54,522 nt of DNA. Source: Tubiluchus corallicola (taxonomy: Eukaryota > Animalia > Priapulida). A model generated the notes under the pieces. It was not told where the DNA came from, made no database searches, and saw nothing but the letters and a program-made list of their open reading frames with translations. Positions 1-14,720 of the stretch are shown here, piece after piece. Where the stretch lies: positions 1 to 54,522 of the forward strand of contig JAQGDQ010001216.1 in the NCBI GenBank assembly GCA_030141605.1. Reading direction: 5' to 3'. Each line of letters opens with the position of its first letter. The first letter of the stretch is position 1. A program made the position numbers and the translations under genes.

Positions 1-176
1 TGTATAACTATCGAACAACTTAGGCTAACAGATAATCTTATATACTAAATAATCATCACTGGCGAAGATTGCAAATTTATCAAACAAATTACAGTTTTAA
101 GTTTTAACAAGCCCCAAAAATACCCTCTTTGCCACTTCCCACACTCACGTGTACTCTCCACAGTCTATATACTGAC

Positions 177-302
177 CTTGCCATACAATGAAAGACATGG
201 TTTGGGTTCTAAATCTGGGTCCTCTAACTTGACAACTCCGACAAAACCAAACTCTTGCAACTCGTCATTGTCGTGCCTGTTACACAAGCCCAGTGGATGA
301 AT
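177..302 (-). CDS. ZNRF3: ZNRF3-like coding exon 2 (PA domain); not in the ORF track
   Basis: Reverse complement reads tttacag|IHPLGLCNRHDNDELQEFGFVGVVKLEDPDLEPKPCLSLYGK|gtcagt (126 nt, phase 0/0). Nearly colinear with ZNRF3 '[42 protein letters not shown]' and joins exon 1 in frame. Confidence 0.95.
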
Positions 303-787
303 CTGTAAATAATAAAAAAATTCTCATTACTGTCCTTATCGGATACTGAAAGTTTATAAGAAAAATATGAATATAGTAAGTAGATAATGAATATAATGCA
401 CATGCGTGTTGTAGCTGTGATTTATGCTGCTCGTCAACAAATTACGTACTCATACCGAATTCTATAATATGAATATGATTGCACAACAATGTCCAATAAT
501 CATGCTTTTAGACAGTAAAATAAAACCGTCTACGACAGACTACAATCTTTCGCTATCAAGTGTTCAAGGGAAAAAATCTTATAACTCGTTTATATGTATT
601 AGGCCGGACAAACTCGTCTATGAAACGAGATAAATACATAAAATTGAATTGAAATGAATTTACGTATAGACACTCGTCCATATCTATACATTCTGTTACA
701 AGAGTTAAAAAATTGGCTTTTCAATGAAAAAAGGCATAGGAACCAAGGCAAAGACTGTGCACAGAGCAACCCGACCTGTTTCTTTAC

Positions 788-889
788 ATATGCGCCACTT
801 CGAACTATGATAAATTCGTACAGTTTGTACTTTAGTGATATGCGCCACTTCGAACTATGATAAATTCGTACAGTTTGTACTTTAGTGAT
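788..889. repeat. Perfect tandem duplication, 50 bp x2
   Basis: ATATGCGCCACTTCGAACTATGATAAATTCGTACAGTTTGTACTTTAGTG twice. Confidence 0.95.
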
Positions 890-3800
890 CGGCTCCTTCA
901 AGTACACCTACGAAGTCAGCGTGAGTTAAATTTATTATTTTTGAAAGTTGGGTTGTTGTTAACGTACTTCTAACGTAAAGCGCAGAACCTCAGGGCGTCA
1001 CAGGGTCTCAAAGATAATGCACGAGGAAAAGTTCTTTTCGTAGGAAAAGGGTTATTTTTAGATCGCTGACGGTTCTGTCTTATTGGGACGGTGAAAGTTA
1101 TTATACGTCATGAAGCATAACAGACACAGTGGTTCACAAGTTTGACAAAATTTCTTCTAACATTCACTAGAACTGTAATGTTCCCGAGAAAAAAGGCCAA
1201 AAGTCAAGGTCAATGGCACTTTACAATCAGTAGTGGTTCAGTTTATATTTACACTCGATGGAGTACGTGCTGGATGACAAAATAAGCTGAATTTCAGCAA
1301 CTCAGGAAGAATGCAGATCGAGACTCGAGTTCGATTTCTTGTAGGTTCCATTTCTGACATATAAGCGGAATTTTGTTTACACTTTGGAAATCCTATTCTC
1401 CACCAAGTGGCAAATCTGAATCGTTTTTTGCAGACTTGTTTCTGCTTTCTAACCACATCTATGGAGAGTGTTTTTGTTTCGTAGCTGCAATGTTGTCTTT
1501 GAAAACAAATGTTTTTCAGAAATTCTGATAAATTTGAGAAGACTATAATGCGTGTTATCACGCCTGGTGCTATTCGAAGAAACCACCATGAAGCCACACA
1601 CGCACGCATGCACGTATGCTCGCACACTATGAAAAACTTAGGTTACTAAAATCTATGAATTGCGTAAGTACCGCGCAAACATTGCGAATCTTTTCCGTAT
1701 TATGCAAAAAACGATTAACCACATTATAAATTTAATATGGTGTACAGACCGTCGGACTGTTAAAAAAGCCAAAACAGACGCAGCCAGGTAAAATGCATAG
1801 GTGTTGCTTGATCAAACTTATGAAAATTTTTCAAGTGATCTTTTACGCTCTAAAATCGAACAACTAAGAAACGATAATTTGAAGAATGAAATAATGCCTA
1901 CAGCGAAATCTTGCAAAAATGATTCAATGATTCGGACACAATTTCCAAACGAATGGGAAATTTGTCTTCTGCTATTGTTCATATTTAATAAAAAAAAGAT
2001 TTCCACGTTGGCATGTTACGCCAACAGCACAATATCAAGGATATTCTGTAGCTCCACCAGTTTCCCATAAATTAGCAGGAAATTTCCGCTAAAAGTCTGT
2101 TTTCAATACGCGAATGTCAATGAGCAATTTGCTGGCGACATTATATCACAAAGCTGCACAAATTCAGCTCGTTATAACGTATTTAAACTGCATAGCGCAA
2201 AACCATTAGCCGGGAATTACCATAGAGTAAAAACTCAGTACTGAACCTGAAGAGACACTTGGCAGCAATACAGGTCCGTTTCCGCAAATTTTATACATCA
2301 CAAAAGGTTCATTAAAATAATAAAAGGATCTCTAAGCCTTCCATGCCTATCACAGGGTCCATTCGGTTTGATTTTAGTTAAAATAAAGTTGAAACACAAG
2401 CTTAGTCTGTCCCTCTCTCATTAAAATTTAAAGTAATGAAGAAGTATTTAAGGTAAATAACACTAAACTGAAGAACTTGAACTTTTTCTACATAAATTAT
2501 TGGCGACGTTTTGAGTAACTACCTTATCAAGCTTGACAATTTTTTATATCTGTAATAAAATATACATTTGATGCACAGGCAACAAAGAATGAAATGCGTT
2601 ATTACATTTGCTGAACTGTAGTGACTTAATTAGTCTACTTAGGATAGAATTGAATGATAAAAATACCAAATGTTGTGCTTGCTACATCTTTATATAAACA
2701 AAAAATGAAGTAAACTGCTTAAATCCAGGAGTTGGGAAAAAGTGAGCTAATCCAAGTGTTGCTAATAAGTTCACGTAGATTATTTATGCAGTGTGCCATC
2801 TTTTGGTGCCAATTTCAACTTTTTTTTAAATATGTATGATCTTATTTAGAAATTCGTCATAAAGCCAAAACTATAAAATAAAATCCACTCTCATTTCTAA
2901 TTTTTCTTTTAGTCAAGTTCGGTCTAAAAAAATTAGTGCACTTTGTATTCTATCTGCAATTATCTAAGCACCGTACTATTTAAAGTGATAATTAGTGTTT
3001 TCACTACATGAATGTAACCTAAAGCATGTCCTTCGTAACATATGTATATACGAGAAATGCCGCACTACTCGTTGAACTAATATGACTGCACGAGACTCTT
3101 GCTGAATGACAAATCAATACTAGTCAGGGTTTACCAGATGAATCTATATCGGTACCTTAACAGCCACCTCAACTATCGAACACTAATGGGAACCACGCAG
3201 AAGCTACAGTTACTGCATTGATAACTAACTGACACAGTAAATAATTTCACCAAAACCATTAAAATCACGCAGCTAATTAACTCAAACGTTAATTACGCAA
3301 AGTTGCGACTAGTAAACGCTTAATAGCTAGCACGACTATGTACAGTAACATCGATTTCGCAGTTGGTGCATAAACCAGGCCTCAATTCTTAATTTCTAAA
3401 GCAAAATTATTAATCTGTTTTTTTAGAATACCAGATTAGCAGGGGGCATTTTCGAATGTCATCTAAAAACTACTTATACCTATAATAGGACAAAAATTTC
3501 ATTAAACTCGTGGAACTAGAAAGATGGATCGCAATTCTATCGCTAAAAACGCAAAGTTTATGCAGATTTTTTAAATAAAATTCGACAAGGGATTACGCTT
3601 TGACCGAGCAACTTGTGATAAATTGCAGCGACTATTTTCTCTAAATTTTGGGGGGATTTTTTATCTTTTCGTAACTATTAAGCTCTCCGAGTGATTTCCA
3701 CAATGTAGTGATGCACAATTATTGCAATTTATAAAATTTAGTACTAACCTAGTAAGCCCCATTTGATCTTTTATATACGATCTCAAGAGAATTCATGGCA

Positions 3801-4850
3801 TCAATAAAAAAAGAAACCTAGTATTATTTACTATTTTGCAAATAACTAGTTCGCCACAAGAAGCAGCAGTTACCGTTATCATTCCAGGAGGCGCGAGGTC
3901 TGTAATTTGCGTAAAATTGGTATGCAACTGTGTACACCGCTTGTGACAGCCAAAACAAACGCACTACCCCTCCATGCTATGTTATTTACCATAATTACAT
4001 TACAGAGCGAGATGGATTCCCCGATGAAAGGTCGCATCTCAGAGATCAATCAGATAAAATGTATGCAGGGAAATCTAACGCCAATCAACTGATATCAATG
4101 TAGTAAAAGCTCACAGCTTCATGAAATATCCCAGAAGTGTTTATGTTTGTGTAGATGACGCATGAGTGCTATAGTTAAGCAGAACTGGTGTTGTCTAGAA
4201 ACTAGGGAAAATGCAAATTGCAAGAACAATCAAGAACGAACAATGTTCTGGCCAGCTGAATTTTATGGGACTTCATATATAATACATTTTATTAATTTTG
4301 CCCGTGTACTCTGCATATATATGTATATTAATATATACATATCGTTATTAATATATATTTATATTAATAACGAAAAAGTTCACAATAAACTAAAAATGAG
4401 AAGACATGGCATTTCAATACTTTGTTCAATACAACATACAGGTGCCAAAAAATTGTAAAATTTCAGTAATTATAATATCTTTCACTTGAAAATGTACGAA
4501 AACGTTTTCAAAATCCTGCGAACAAAAGATTGCTTTAACCAATTTGAAAAGTTCACAGCTGGGAGCTTAAAAAACTTGGCTGAAGGTAGCCCAGTCATAC
4601 AAATCTATAAATAAAAAGCGAATACTGTGCTCCACCTGTTCATATCACATTGTGGTTCATTATACAGTTGCACTATACACGTAATGCCTTAAAAAAGTTT
4701 TAATTTACTGAGTGTAGAGTATAGAAAAGCTTTCGGTCGGGTCTTATGAATATCAGCGAATTCTCATACTAGTAAGACATATTGCACATCTGGAATATAA
4801 CCGTTAGAAATATTGATTGCAAGACGTACACAAAAACTATTTAAAGCCTT

Positions 4851-4973
4851 AATGAGCTTAAAACACAATGTCGTTTTAGCTAATTTAGCCGAATGGGCTT
4901 AAAACACAATGTAGTTTTAGCTAGTTTAGCCGAATGAGCTTAAAACACAATGTAGTTTTAGCTAGTTTAGCCG
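4851..4973. repeat. Minisatellite, 41 bp x3
   Basis: AATGAGCTTAAAACACAATGTAGTTTTAGCTAGTTTAGCCG. Confidence 0.95.
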
Positions 4974-7900
4974 CTTTAAATCAGTATTCCAGTCTCAGTA
5001 TACGAGGTAAAAACCGTATTTGGGTAAATTCGATGAAACAACATCAATTTAGTGATACTGATTTTATTTGAAAGGAACTATATTGGACAAGTTATGGTGA
5101 ACGAGTTATAAATGGTTTCGGTAATGAAGAACGTAAAATAATGCTTTGTACTTCATTAACTGACTAATTTGTTTGTAAATACTGCAAAGTGTGTACATTC
5201 AAATTTATTAACTTCTTTTAATTTATTAACACATACTACATTTTTTGTGTACAAAAAGTTACGAATAAACATTAAATATAGAAATATATATTCTAGGCTA
5301 CCTTCTATAGAGAAGCTATATTCATTGCTGATTTCCAGAAAACATTGAAGCTAAACTCAGTTGTGGATGAATTAATAGACAGAGTGGACCTCGTTAATAC
5401 GGCACGTACATCATACAATGGCAACTATAACTATACGATGGCAACTACAACTAACATTTAGCTAACCACTACCTGAAACCTCAGCGGATCCGCACTGACT
5501 TGGCCATTTGAGCGACTAAACATTTCACTTTTGTCCTGAAGAGAAATAAGAAAACTGATTGTGATCGGGCTTAGATTCCAAACTGTGATCAAACTGGTCG
5601 TGCGCAAAACAAGAAAATCCAGTGACAAATGACAAATGGCCACCACATTAGGAAGCTATTAGATGTAATCGTATATAGACATGCTGGAATGATTTCTGTT
5701 GTTTTTGATTAGACTCGGCGTAAAGACATGATTTCGCTTTCAATCTTGAGCAAATAAACTTAGGAGGAAACCGTACAGTAACAGAATGAAGCCATGCAGA
5801 ATGCTACAGTCGCCAAATGTTTCAAATACAAAAAGAAATTAGATATATGGCAACATAAATTTATTTGTCTTTGCTTTAATCACTGGACTGTTGCAAATGG
5901 TCAGAAGATGTAATGATGCCATAATGAAACGGTTTACGTAGACGTCTTAAGAACATATTCCAAACCGGTTCCCTACATCCTGTTAAGGGACCACAAACAG
6001 TTTTAGCAAACAAGCATACAAATAAGGCAAAGAATGCTCGTGTTCGCTTTCGCATGTTCAAGCAGAGACAATTGAAATTAAAAGTTGGTGTAAACAAAAA
6101 ACTTAACATTTTAACACAGAAGTTTAACGATATAAAAATACATGTAACCTTAGATATATGTAATGTATGTGTATAAATTTTTAATGCGTGTACAATATAC
6201 GTGCGTGTATACTTATATATTCTACTGAAATAAACAGATAAACTAAACTAAACATAACGAAATACGAACGAGCTTTAAAAGATATTATTAATTAGCCACA
6301 GTGTAATTTTCATTTATTTTACTGTATTTGTGAAAATGTTCAGAAGTGTATAGGCACATAAGTTATTGCACTAGTTTCTTGTGCCAGACATTTATGCGTG
6401 CTTCTAAAACCCTGACTTTTCTCAAATTTATTTTATCGGTCTGTGCCCCGCGATAGTGTTTATAATACGAAATAGAACTTGAAAAGGTCATGCATGTATA
6501 CATCATTAGCATCAGTAGAATTTGAGTCAAATTTACCATAAAATTCACCCAGGAAAAAAACTACTGCAGTGACTCGTTCAAGCAAACTGCATTTGTTAAT
6601 GTAGCTTTTTATAGACAACTTTTTGTTATTGTTAAAGTTTTTGGAAGCAGCCATTTTGCTTGCGGTTGTTGCCAAGCCAAGGTTCTCGTATAAGAAGAGC
6701 CGTCTACTGGATTTTTAAATGGAGATTTAGGATACGTGAATAAATAAAAAGCGTCATTATCAACTTTGCTGAGCAAGTAGCCTGCACAAATATAATCTGA
6801 TTAATCTCATACTACTAGAAAGTTGTATCATTTCTGTGGGTCTTACACACACAAATTTTGTTTAAAAGGTAGTGAGGATAAAAATAATACCGGATTAATT
6901 ACCAATCATGAATTGACTGCCACCGTAATAATGCTGGCAAAAGGGCATGACAGACTGGGTCTAAGCTATGTGAATGGGTCATATGAGTTGGTAGGTCACG
7001 TTTTGTGGCCCAGCTCAAGCTTGGAATAACCAGATCACGATGCCAGCTTTAGAACAAAACAGCAGGTTGCCAATTTCAACATTCAGAGGCGCCCAGTAAC
7101 TGTAAGCTTAGAGCTGTCAAAACCATAAATGCCTCAATTTGTCAACGCAATTCTAAATAGCGTAATTAGCAGAAACCTCGTCAGATAATTATCCTAGGTT
7201 GGCTGCCTCTTGATTTGCCATTTCCTTAGTCAGATACACGCAATGCGCAAATCAATTAATATAGATGAGGCTAGATTCCTGCACACAACCGTCATTAGAG
7301 AAGGAGACTATTAACTTCGTACATGCATACAGCCATGGCGTAGTATTCTATTACGATAACTGAGTCATCTCAAACAATATTGTCTAAGTGCCAAGAGGCA
7401 GATCCAGGGTTGGTTCATCTCCATGTCCCTGAGGTAAATGAGCTTTTCTTGCAGTAAGCGATGATCGGCAGCGCACGGTATCGTTGAACTGATGTGGCAA
7501 AAGCTGTACTACATTATGTCGATGATACATATTTGTAGATATGTGAGTCTAATATAAGATTCTGAAAGGTTGCGCATTCGTTCTTATAATAATAATAATA
7601 ATAATTAAAACAAAGAATTTAAGCAAAGTAACACGCATCCATGAATTTCTCCATAACCGTTATTTAACAGCCTAACACAGCTTTTAATAATGATATAACT
7701 AATGCAATTTAGTAAGCCTAGAAATCGCTATAGTTTTCTCGTAGAAAGATTTGTGGCTCTACTTTGTTTCGCAATTTTTGAAAAAAAACTGAGGTAAAGA
7801 ATAACGAGACAAGCAAAGAAAGGCAGTGCTCAACCAGAAAGATAAAAACAGGATAATATGGGAAAAATAAATGGAGAAAGTTGCCGAAATCCCTTACGGC

Positions 7901-10900
7901 GCTCTTCACATCAGCATGCTGTAGAAATACTTTGCGTACATACAGCAAGAGCACGCTGTACTAAATTTCGGCGTTTGTTTACATGGTCCAGCACAATGGC
8001 CGGTACAGCAAGCCCGTCACCACAGCAGAGGAAATCCCCAAGTAGGCTTGACCAACACGCATCAGCAGCAGCTGTGTCTGACGCCTCTAAGGATTCTTTG
8101 TAACGGTAAAGTAACATATTTAATGAAAACAACCATGTAGGCTTAGATAACATTAATAAAAAGCAATAATACTAAAGGAACGTACCAAAAGTGTTAGCAA
8201 TGTGCCGTCTTTTAATACAAAAATAGCAACACCTTTTTGTCAGCCGGAGACAGTGGTGGACTGAAATATTCTGTCTTTTTGTGGGATTCTCTGCGTCAGA
8301 TAATTATAATAATTATTGTACGACCTTTTAAATCATAGAAACGCACAATCTTAAACTTTACACCTAATGTAGACTGTGGTAGCAAATCTGGTCTGTTTGT
8401 CATCGAAATTTATCATCGGGCGGAAAATATTCAAGAAAAATAATTGGCACAGAACTTCGAATACGCGAGTTGGTACTGCGCGTTTTCGAGTGTTTAGCAA
8501 ACAACGATTTTCCGGAGCTTTTCCCCAAAGCGAAGAGCTGAAGTAAGCACGATTAAACTGACAAGTAGAGGAAGAGTGGAGACTTGCAGACTAGTTAGAG
8601 TTACAGACTTTGACTGGTGTAAGCTACTTAGCTTTGCGTAAGAACAGCTGTGAGCAGACAGGAAGCTTTAGTAAGCCATGTGGCAAGAAATATCAATCCA
8701 AACAGTAGGCCGATTAACGCCAAGATGCTTATAATGAAATACAGATACATTCCTCTTATTCCCATGGAACAAAGTTCCACAAATGTTTTTGGCCCATACC
8801 TAGCAAGCAAACATTAATAACTATTTATTTATTTACGTATTTTAATATTAGATGCACAGTACCTAATTTTTTCCTCTGTACAGATTACAATAGTACCAAG
8901 AAGTAAAAAAATATTAAGTGATAAACAACAGTAAAAAAGGGAGAACTACAGTAATCCATATTAGATGAACTCAAGCTGTAGATTTGAAAAAATAAAATAA
9001 AATACGATATCGTTAACGATTATTTATGAATTGTTCCCTGAGTTTCTTTTTCAAGTATTTAAAAATTTGTGATTCGAAAACAGGACGATTTTTCATAGCC
9101 ATTTGAAATACAGTAAAAATACATATTTTAACACCTATAAAAGTTCCTATGAAAGTGTTTCTGAAAATTAAATATTAGCTTAGAAACTTAATTAACCACG
9201 TGCGAGCACGGCATAGAGTTATAAGTTCTCACTTATCTTTATAGAGCACAGCTAGCTATGACGGACACAAAATTTTCACACCCAGAAACTTTCAGTGAGC
9301 CCGAATGTGAGTGCAAATGCGAAAATTTAAAAACTGTGCTTCCGCACAGCACTGACTTTGAATTACAACAACTCGCCAAACTGTAAGCTAAAAATTAAAA
9401 TTCCAAGCTTACAATTGTGCCAACACGCGATTTCACCACAGGTGTGTGCCACGTCAGAACTGAACTTGAAAAAACAATGTTAGCTCTTTCAGTATTTTAT
9501 ACATTAGATCACATTCAGCTATGATTTAACATTGGATCGCGTTTTCCGTTTAATTCAATTCTAATTACATACTGATAGTTCCCTTAGAAAGACAAAGTGA
9601 AAGAAAAGCTGCCTAAAAAAACCAAATACATCAATTAAAAAATTTAAATTGACAATTTCAGTTCACTGCTTTCAAGTTTGATAATGAGTACGGAATTCTT
9701 ACTTGAAACAAAAACGCGAGGCCTATACCTCACTTTATTCCTTGTTACCGTAATCCACTACTGCCTGAAATACAGAGCTGATTCAAGCCGAGAACTACGT
9801 AGAGACAGCAGAGCCTATTAAACTTTAATTTTCTATCTGATTATCGGTAGTAAATCTTTAGTCGTTCACTTACCTTTGCCAATGTCACGTTAATTAAGTT
9901 AATTAGCTACAGAAAATTGTGTTGTATAACCTACAAGAGTTAAAACCTATACGCTTGAGAACCACAGTGGTAATGTTGTTTAGGCAGGACACAAGCATAA
10001 AACTGATACAGCAGTACCTCCAAAAGAAACTTTGTAAGGCGGAACAAGATTACTCTAAAATTGGCAACGAGCCTACGCTTTTCTTCTCAAAACTCAATAT
10101 TTACTCGAGGTCCATTTATTTGGATCTAATATTCCCAATTATCAAAGTATTCTCAATAATGTGTATGGCATAGTATTAAATGTAGAAGATGCAGTTTTCC
10201 CTTTTTTGTAGAAAAACATTTTATGATGAAGTGGCAATTACTGACACTTTCAGTATGTGATAATGACAACCTTGGACCGTGTGCCTGGGGGGGGGGGACG
10301 TTTCAGCCTTAATCCCGCACGGAAAAAAGTAATTATAGACCTATATTAGGGTATGGACTCTCATATTTATTTTTATTTATTGACATAAAACAAAAAATGA
10401 CCTACAAAAATAAAATCTAAAAACAATACTCTAAAATCGAATGTCTCATAAAAAGGCTTCTAAAATGCAATTAAATGTGACCTTATACACTCTAATACAA
10501 CACATTTTTTGCACAATAATATGGTACGGAGAGACCCAATTAGGCCTATGATAATATACTTGATATTCGTATACACACAATATCTAGTTTTACCCTATAT
10601 TTGACAATGGATGTGGTGGTATACTACACCGGTCTATTAATAGGCCTGCAAGGTAGAGTGGAATACATGAGTCAATATAGAATTAACACCTTACTGTGTA
10701 GAGACCATATTTCCCGCTTAGTAGGCCTGCGTGCGCCCTCTTGCGGAGGGTTCTTCACTTATCTTACGATCAGTGATCAAACATCGTTGCCTTGCTAGTA
10801 AACGCCGGAGCACAGATACACGACCGCTCAACTGATTGCGTTAAAAACTCTTAATCAAACAAAGATTAAGTGAAACAGACCGCAATGTTGACACAAGCCA

Positions 10901-11026
10901 GGCCACAAGCACTGGCAATCAACGCAATTCTGAGTAAAACTAACTTTGGTCGGTGGGCAAACAGCGCGTGGGGAACAAGTATTGACACTGGCAAGACAGT
11001 CAAGTGCAACGCGGCGCCGCTGGATC

Positions 11027-11294
11027 AGCTCCAACCTCTTCATTCGAGTCTCGGAAATGGTGGCGGGCGGATGTCAGACATTCTACTGTTAAGTGTTGTA
11101 CACATACTCTATCCGAAGAGCTCACACTCACAGACTTTACAAAAAGGCAGGGTCCAGTTAGCTCCAACGTCTTCACTCGAGTCTCGGAGATGGTGGCGGG
11201 CGGATGTCAGACATTCTGCTGTTAAGTGTTGTACACATACTTTATCCGAGGAGCTCACACTCACAGACTTTACAAAAGGGCAGGGTCCAGTTAG
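11027..11294. repeat. Tandem duplication, ~134 bp x2
   Basis: AGCTCCAAC...GGCAGGGTCCAGTT repeated with a few substitutions and one indel. Confidence 0.95.
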
Positions 11295-12832
11295 AATGCC
11301 AAAGAATAAAATCCTACCAAAATAAACAAGAACCCACTAACCTGATAGTGTGCAGAGTGATTAAATTATTTAAATTTTCAAAGTCTACTTGATACTAATT
11401 GTTCAGTTAAGATCTAAAAAATCCAGCTAGAGCAGTTCAAACCTATACCACTTATTCCACTGCACTGTAAAATCTTAAAACTCGGTGAAAGAAAATTCAA
11501 AGAATTATATCCCATTTTGAAGACAGAAAGTGGCATTGATGGAAACTTTCTTATTTGCTAAAAGAGAACTGGTAATATCTTTCAAATTACAATCAAAATG
11601 CGCTAGATGATTAAAATTTTGTTAAAGACACCTTTGCGCAAAGAAGTCCTCATGCGCTTTGACTTCAAAACTGAGTCATCTAGGGAGACTACTGACTACT
11701 GAAAGTTGGGAGTTGCTTATATATATGTTAACGCAATAATAGTGACCAAAGCAATCAGCAAAAAATTAGTGAAATGTGTTGGAATTTCAAAATGCGAGAA
11801 ACAAAATGATTTCAACTTGTAGACTAAGGCGTTATTATATACGACAAAAATCTTAACAACAAACCTTGCAAACATGTAAAATGGCTTTAATATAACAATA
11901 AAAAGATTCTAACTAGTAACCAAAAGTTACCAAAGTAAGTAACCAAGAATTACCAATGTTACGTTTCATACTTTGATATCAATAACCAATACTCCACCAT
12001 GTAGGTATAATAAATATTCCACCATGTATGAAATCTTTATTTGCCAATTTAAAAACAAATGAAAACAATAAAATTATAGCAAATTCATGTTTCAGTGAAC
12101 AATGGTTAAAACCTACACTGCTTCTTACTGAAAGACTCTACTAAACAACCTACTAATCTGGTACTAATTGTAAAGTAAAAAGTTTTAAAAAATTCGTAGT
12201 TTTAGGCTATCCGACTAACCTTTGCTCGTCATGAACCCAGGAAAACAGACGTTAGAAAATGGCCCCATTTCCCAAACTAATGACTATATGTGCTCTATTT
12301 AACGCCATTCTGCATAACAGAGATCGAAGAAGCCAGCAGAACCCATAAATTAGCAGTATAAAAGAGATGAGTTTGGGCTGGGTAATTACCAAATGCACAC
12401 ATTCCCAATTAAGGACGGTCTCTTACGACAAATATTAGTTTGCTATAGCAGCAACCATCGTCTGTTGCTAATGGCGTTTTTGTTGGTTCTTCCTTCAGTC
12501 GCCATATACGAATTTAGGAAATATCGTTCATACTTTGGCTAAAGAATATGCTACACATCGGAAATATGGAAAGAAATTAGAACACACTAACAAATAAACT
12601 AAATGGCCAAGCACCTACTGCAGATATAAGATGCAGTTTGGGTAAAGGCTATTCGGTAAGCCAATCGGGAGGTTAGCCAAGTTTGCAACACTAGAACTAG
12701 AAACACTAATATAATTGTGTAGTTCCTATACATGGGGGATAAAAAATAAAAATGTTAAAAGTGAAAGTCATCAAATTACTGCATACAGGAAAAAAGATAT
12801 GAAAGGTGGACAGAAAGAGGGGTAAAAAGAGC

Positions 12833-12867
12833 AGAGAGACAGGGAGAGAGAGAGAGAGAGGCAGAGG

Positions 12868-12941
<74 letters not shown>

Positions 12942-12943
12942 GA
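12833..12943. repeat. (GA)n microsatellite
   Basis: Uninterrupted AG run at ~12870-12933 with degenerate flanks. Confidence 0.98.
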
Positions 12944-13518
12944 AGGGGGGCTGCATAAATTAGTCAGGTAAATACACCATAACAACTATTCTTTCGGGTG
13001 TAAAGGTATGACCTATCTCAGCACGCGGTTAATATGAAATAACTCTTATACAACATGCAAACTCGACATACATCACTGTTCAGTGTATCAAAGATCACGG
13101 TTAGTTCCTGCCTCCCGATAGTACTGCTGCTGTTGAATCAATTTACTAACATCACTGGTATCCATTTCGCAATTTATTGAGCTATCCGAATTCATCTTTA
13201 AAACCAGATTGACTCAGACCACACAAGTGACTGCGAGGAGCTTTCCTCGAAGCTTATTTCAAGGGAAAGTTGTTTGCTGACAAAACGTTGGCAATATGTG
13301 ATCGAATTTACCAGGGCCTTACCTTAAGAAATTGAGAAGAACAGATCAATTTAAGCACAGCATTTTCACTTCACCAATGATGGACTTTCTATTCTTCTTG
13401 GGATAGGGAAGTTTCAATTTTATTCTGGGAAGTACAGTACCGCGTAACCCACCTTTGACCCCACTCCGCGCTCAGATTGTAAACAGACCGCTATAAACAG
13501 CTTGCAATATTCCAAGTG

Positions 13519-13536
13519 GCTTTGAAGTGGCCGCCA
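13519..13536 (+). promoter_or_regulatory. Bipartite TCF site (HMG + Helper)
   Basis: GCTTTGAAG-tg-GCCGCCA matches SCTTTGWWS plus GCCGCCR. Confidence 0.55.
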
Positions 13537-14485
13537 ATGGCATGCAAACTGCAGCAGTTAAGAGGAGACTAGAAGGCTGGTGTCATATATCATTTTACGA
13601 AGGTTTTGCAAAAGAGGTATGCAATTACAACCAGCACATGCCAGAGTTTAGGAAACCGCTCTAAAGGCACTTAAACATTTACCTCATCTCATTTTCGACA
13701 GGCTTTTTAACTATTATTACAGTGTTATCACGTAAGAAGTGTTCTTGCAATAAGGTTCGCAGAAGCATTTACACAGAAACATGCAGTTTAACTAGTCTTA
13801 GACTGACTAGAATGAGTACTATACAGTGGTAGGATTATGAAAACACTAACAAAACAATCACGGACTCGTTAAGGCCGCACACTCTATATGCACCACACAC
13901 AATCCACTACCATCCACGCCAGGATTCGAAAATCATTCGTTTTTCCTCAGACAGGCCAGGTATTGTCAGATCGTTGCCTTGCTAGCGTGATAACACAACG
14001 AAAACTAATCCATTTAAACGCACTTAATACACGCTAAAAAAGAAAACTAGGGATTCCAAATTCTATCGATAACTACCCTTTTCTGCCGCTAAGCAAAATA
14101 TTTTAGAGCGGAATAAACTAACGGTTTACTCACTGCATAAAAATACACATAAAAACTGTGAATTTATCTGTAACAACATCTTTTAAACGCGATCATTTGG
14201 CTTGTAAGCTTGAGGAAAAACAAAGTGAAGTTAAAACCACGCATAAATTATTCATTATGGTTCTAAATTAGCTGATGGAATCGAGAGACTTCATCGCACA
14301 GCCATATGCAAATGCGGTACAATAATTGCATGACTTGTTTAAATCCCTAACGCCGAGGGTCATTGTACGAGCGCAGTCCTATGCACTAACTGGATTAGAA
14401 GGCGGTCTACACATTCTACATCACAGTCTTAGAGGCTTGATAATACTTCAAAACCCCACGACCAACTCCGTGTCGAACGCTTGAG

Positions 14486-14720
14486 CTTGACCACTATAAG
14501 ACAACTACTAACCCAACTAACTAACAAACTAATTTGCCAATATGGACACTTCACAATAGAGCTAAAACATCTAAGTAACCAAAGCTAAGATTATATAATA
14601 TAATTTATCATATTATATTATATCGTATATATTAATATTGCTTGGCCTTGACCACTAGGACAAGTACTAACCTAACTAAAGTCTAATGTGCCAATATGTG
14701 CACATTTTATAGCTAAACAT
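14486..14720. repeat. Degenerate direct repeat (~160-bp period)
   Basis: CTTGACCACTA..GACAA.TACTAACC.AACTAA...TGCCAATATG...ACATCTAAGTAA occurs twice. Confidence 0.75.

Noticed and set aside
7718-8153. Cluster of ORFs on both strands (possible nested gene)
   Set aside because: No recognisable domain and no convincing splice partners; explained by locally higher GC.
10870-11392. 151-aa ORF and overlapping ORFs
   Set aside because: They are produced by the GC-rich 134-bp duplication; the same DNA reads in different frames in the two copies and no protein motif is recognisable.
12771-12985. ORFs rich in SLSLSL
   Set aside because: These are translations of the (GA)n microsatellite.
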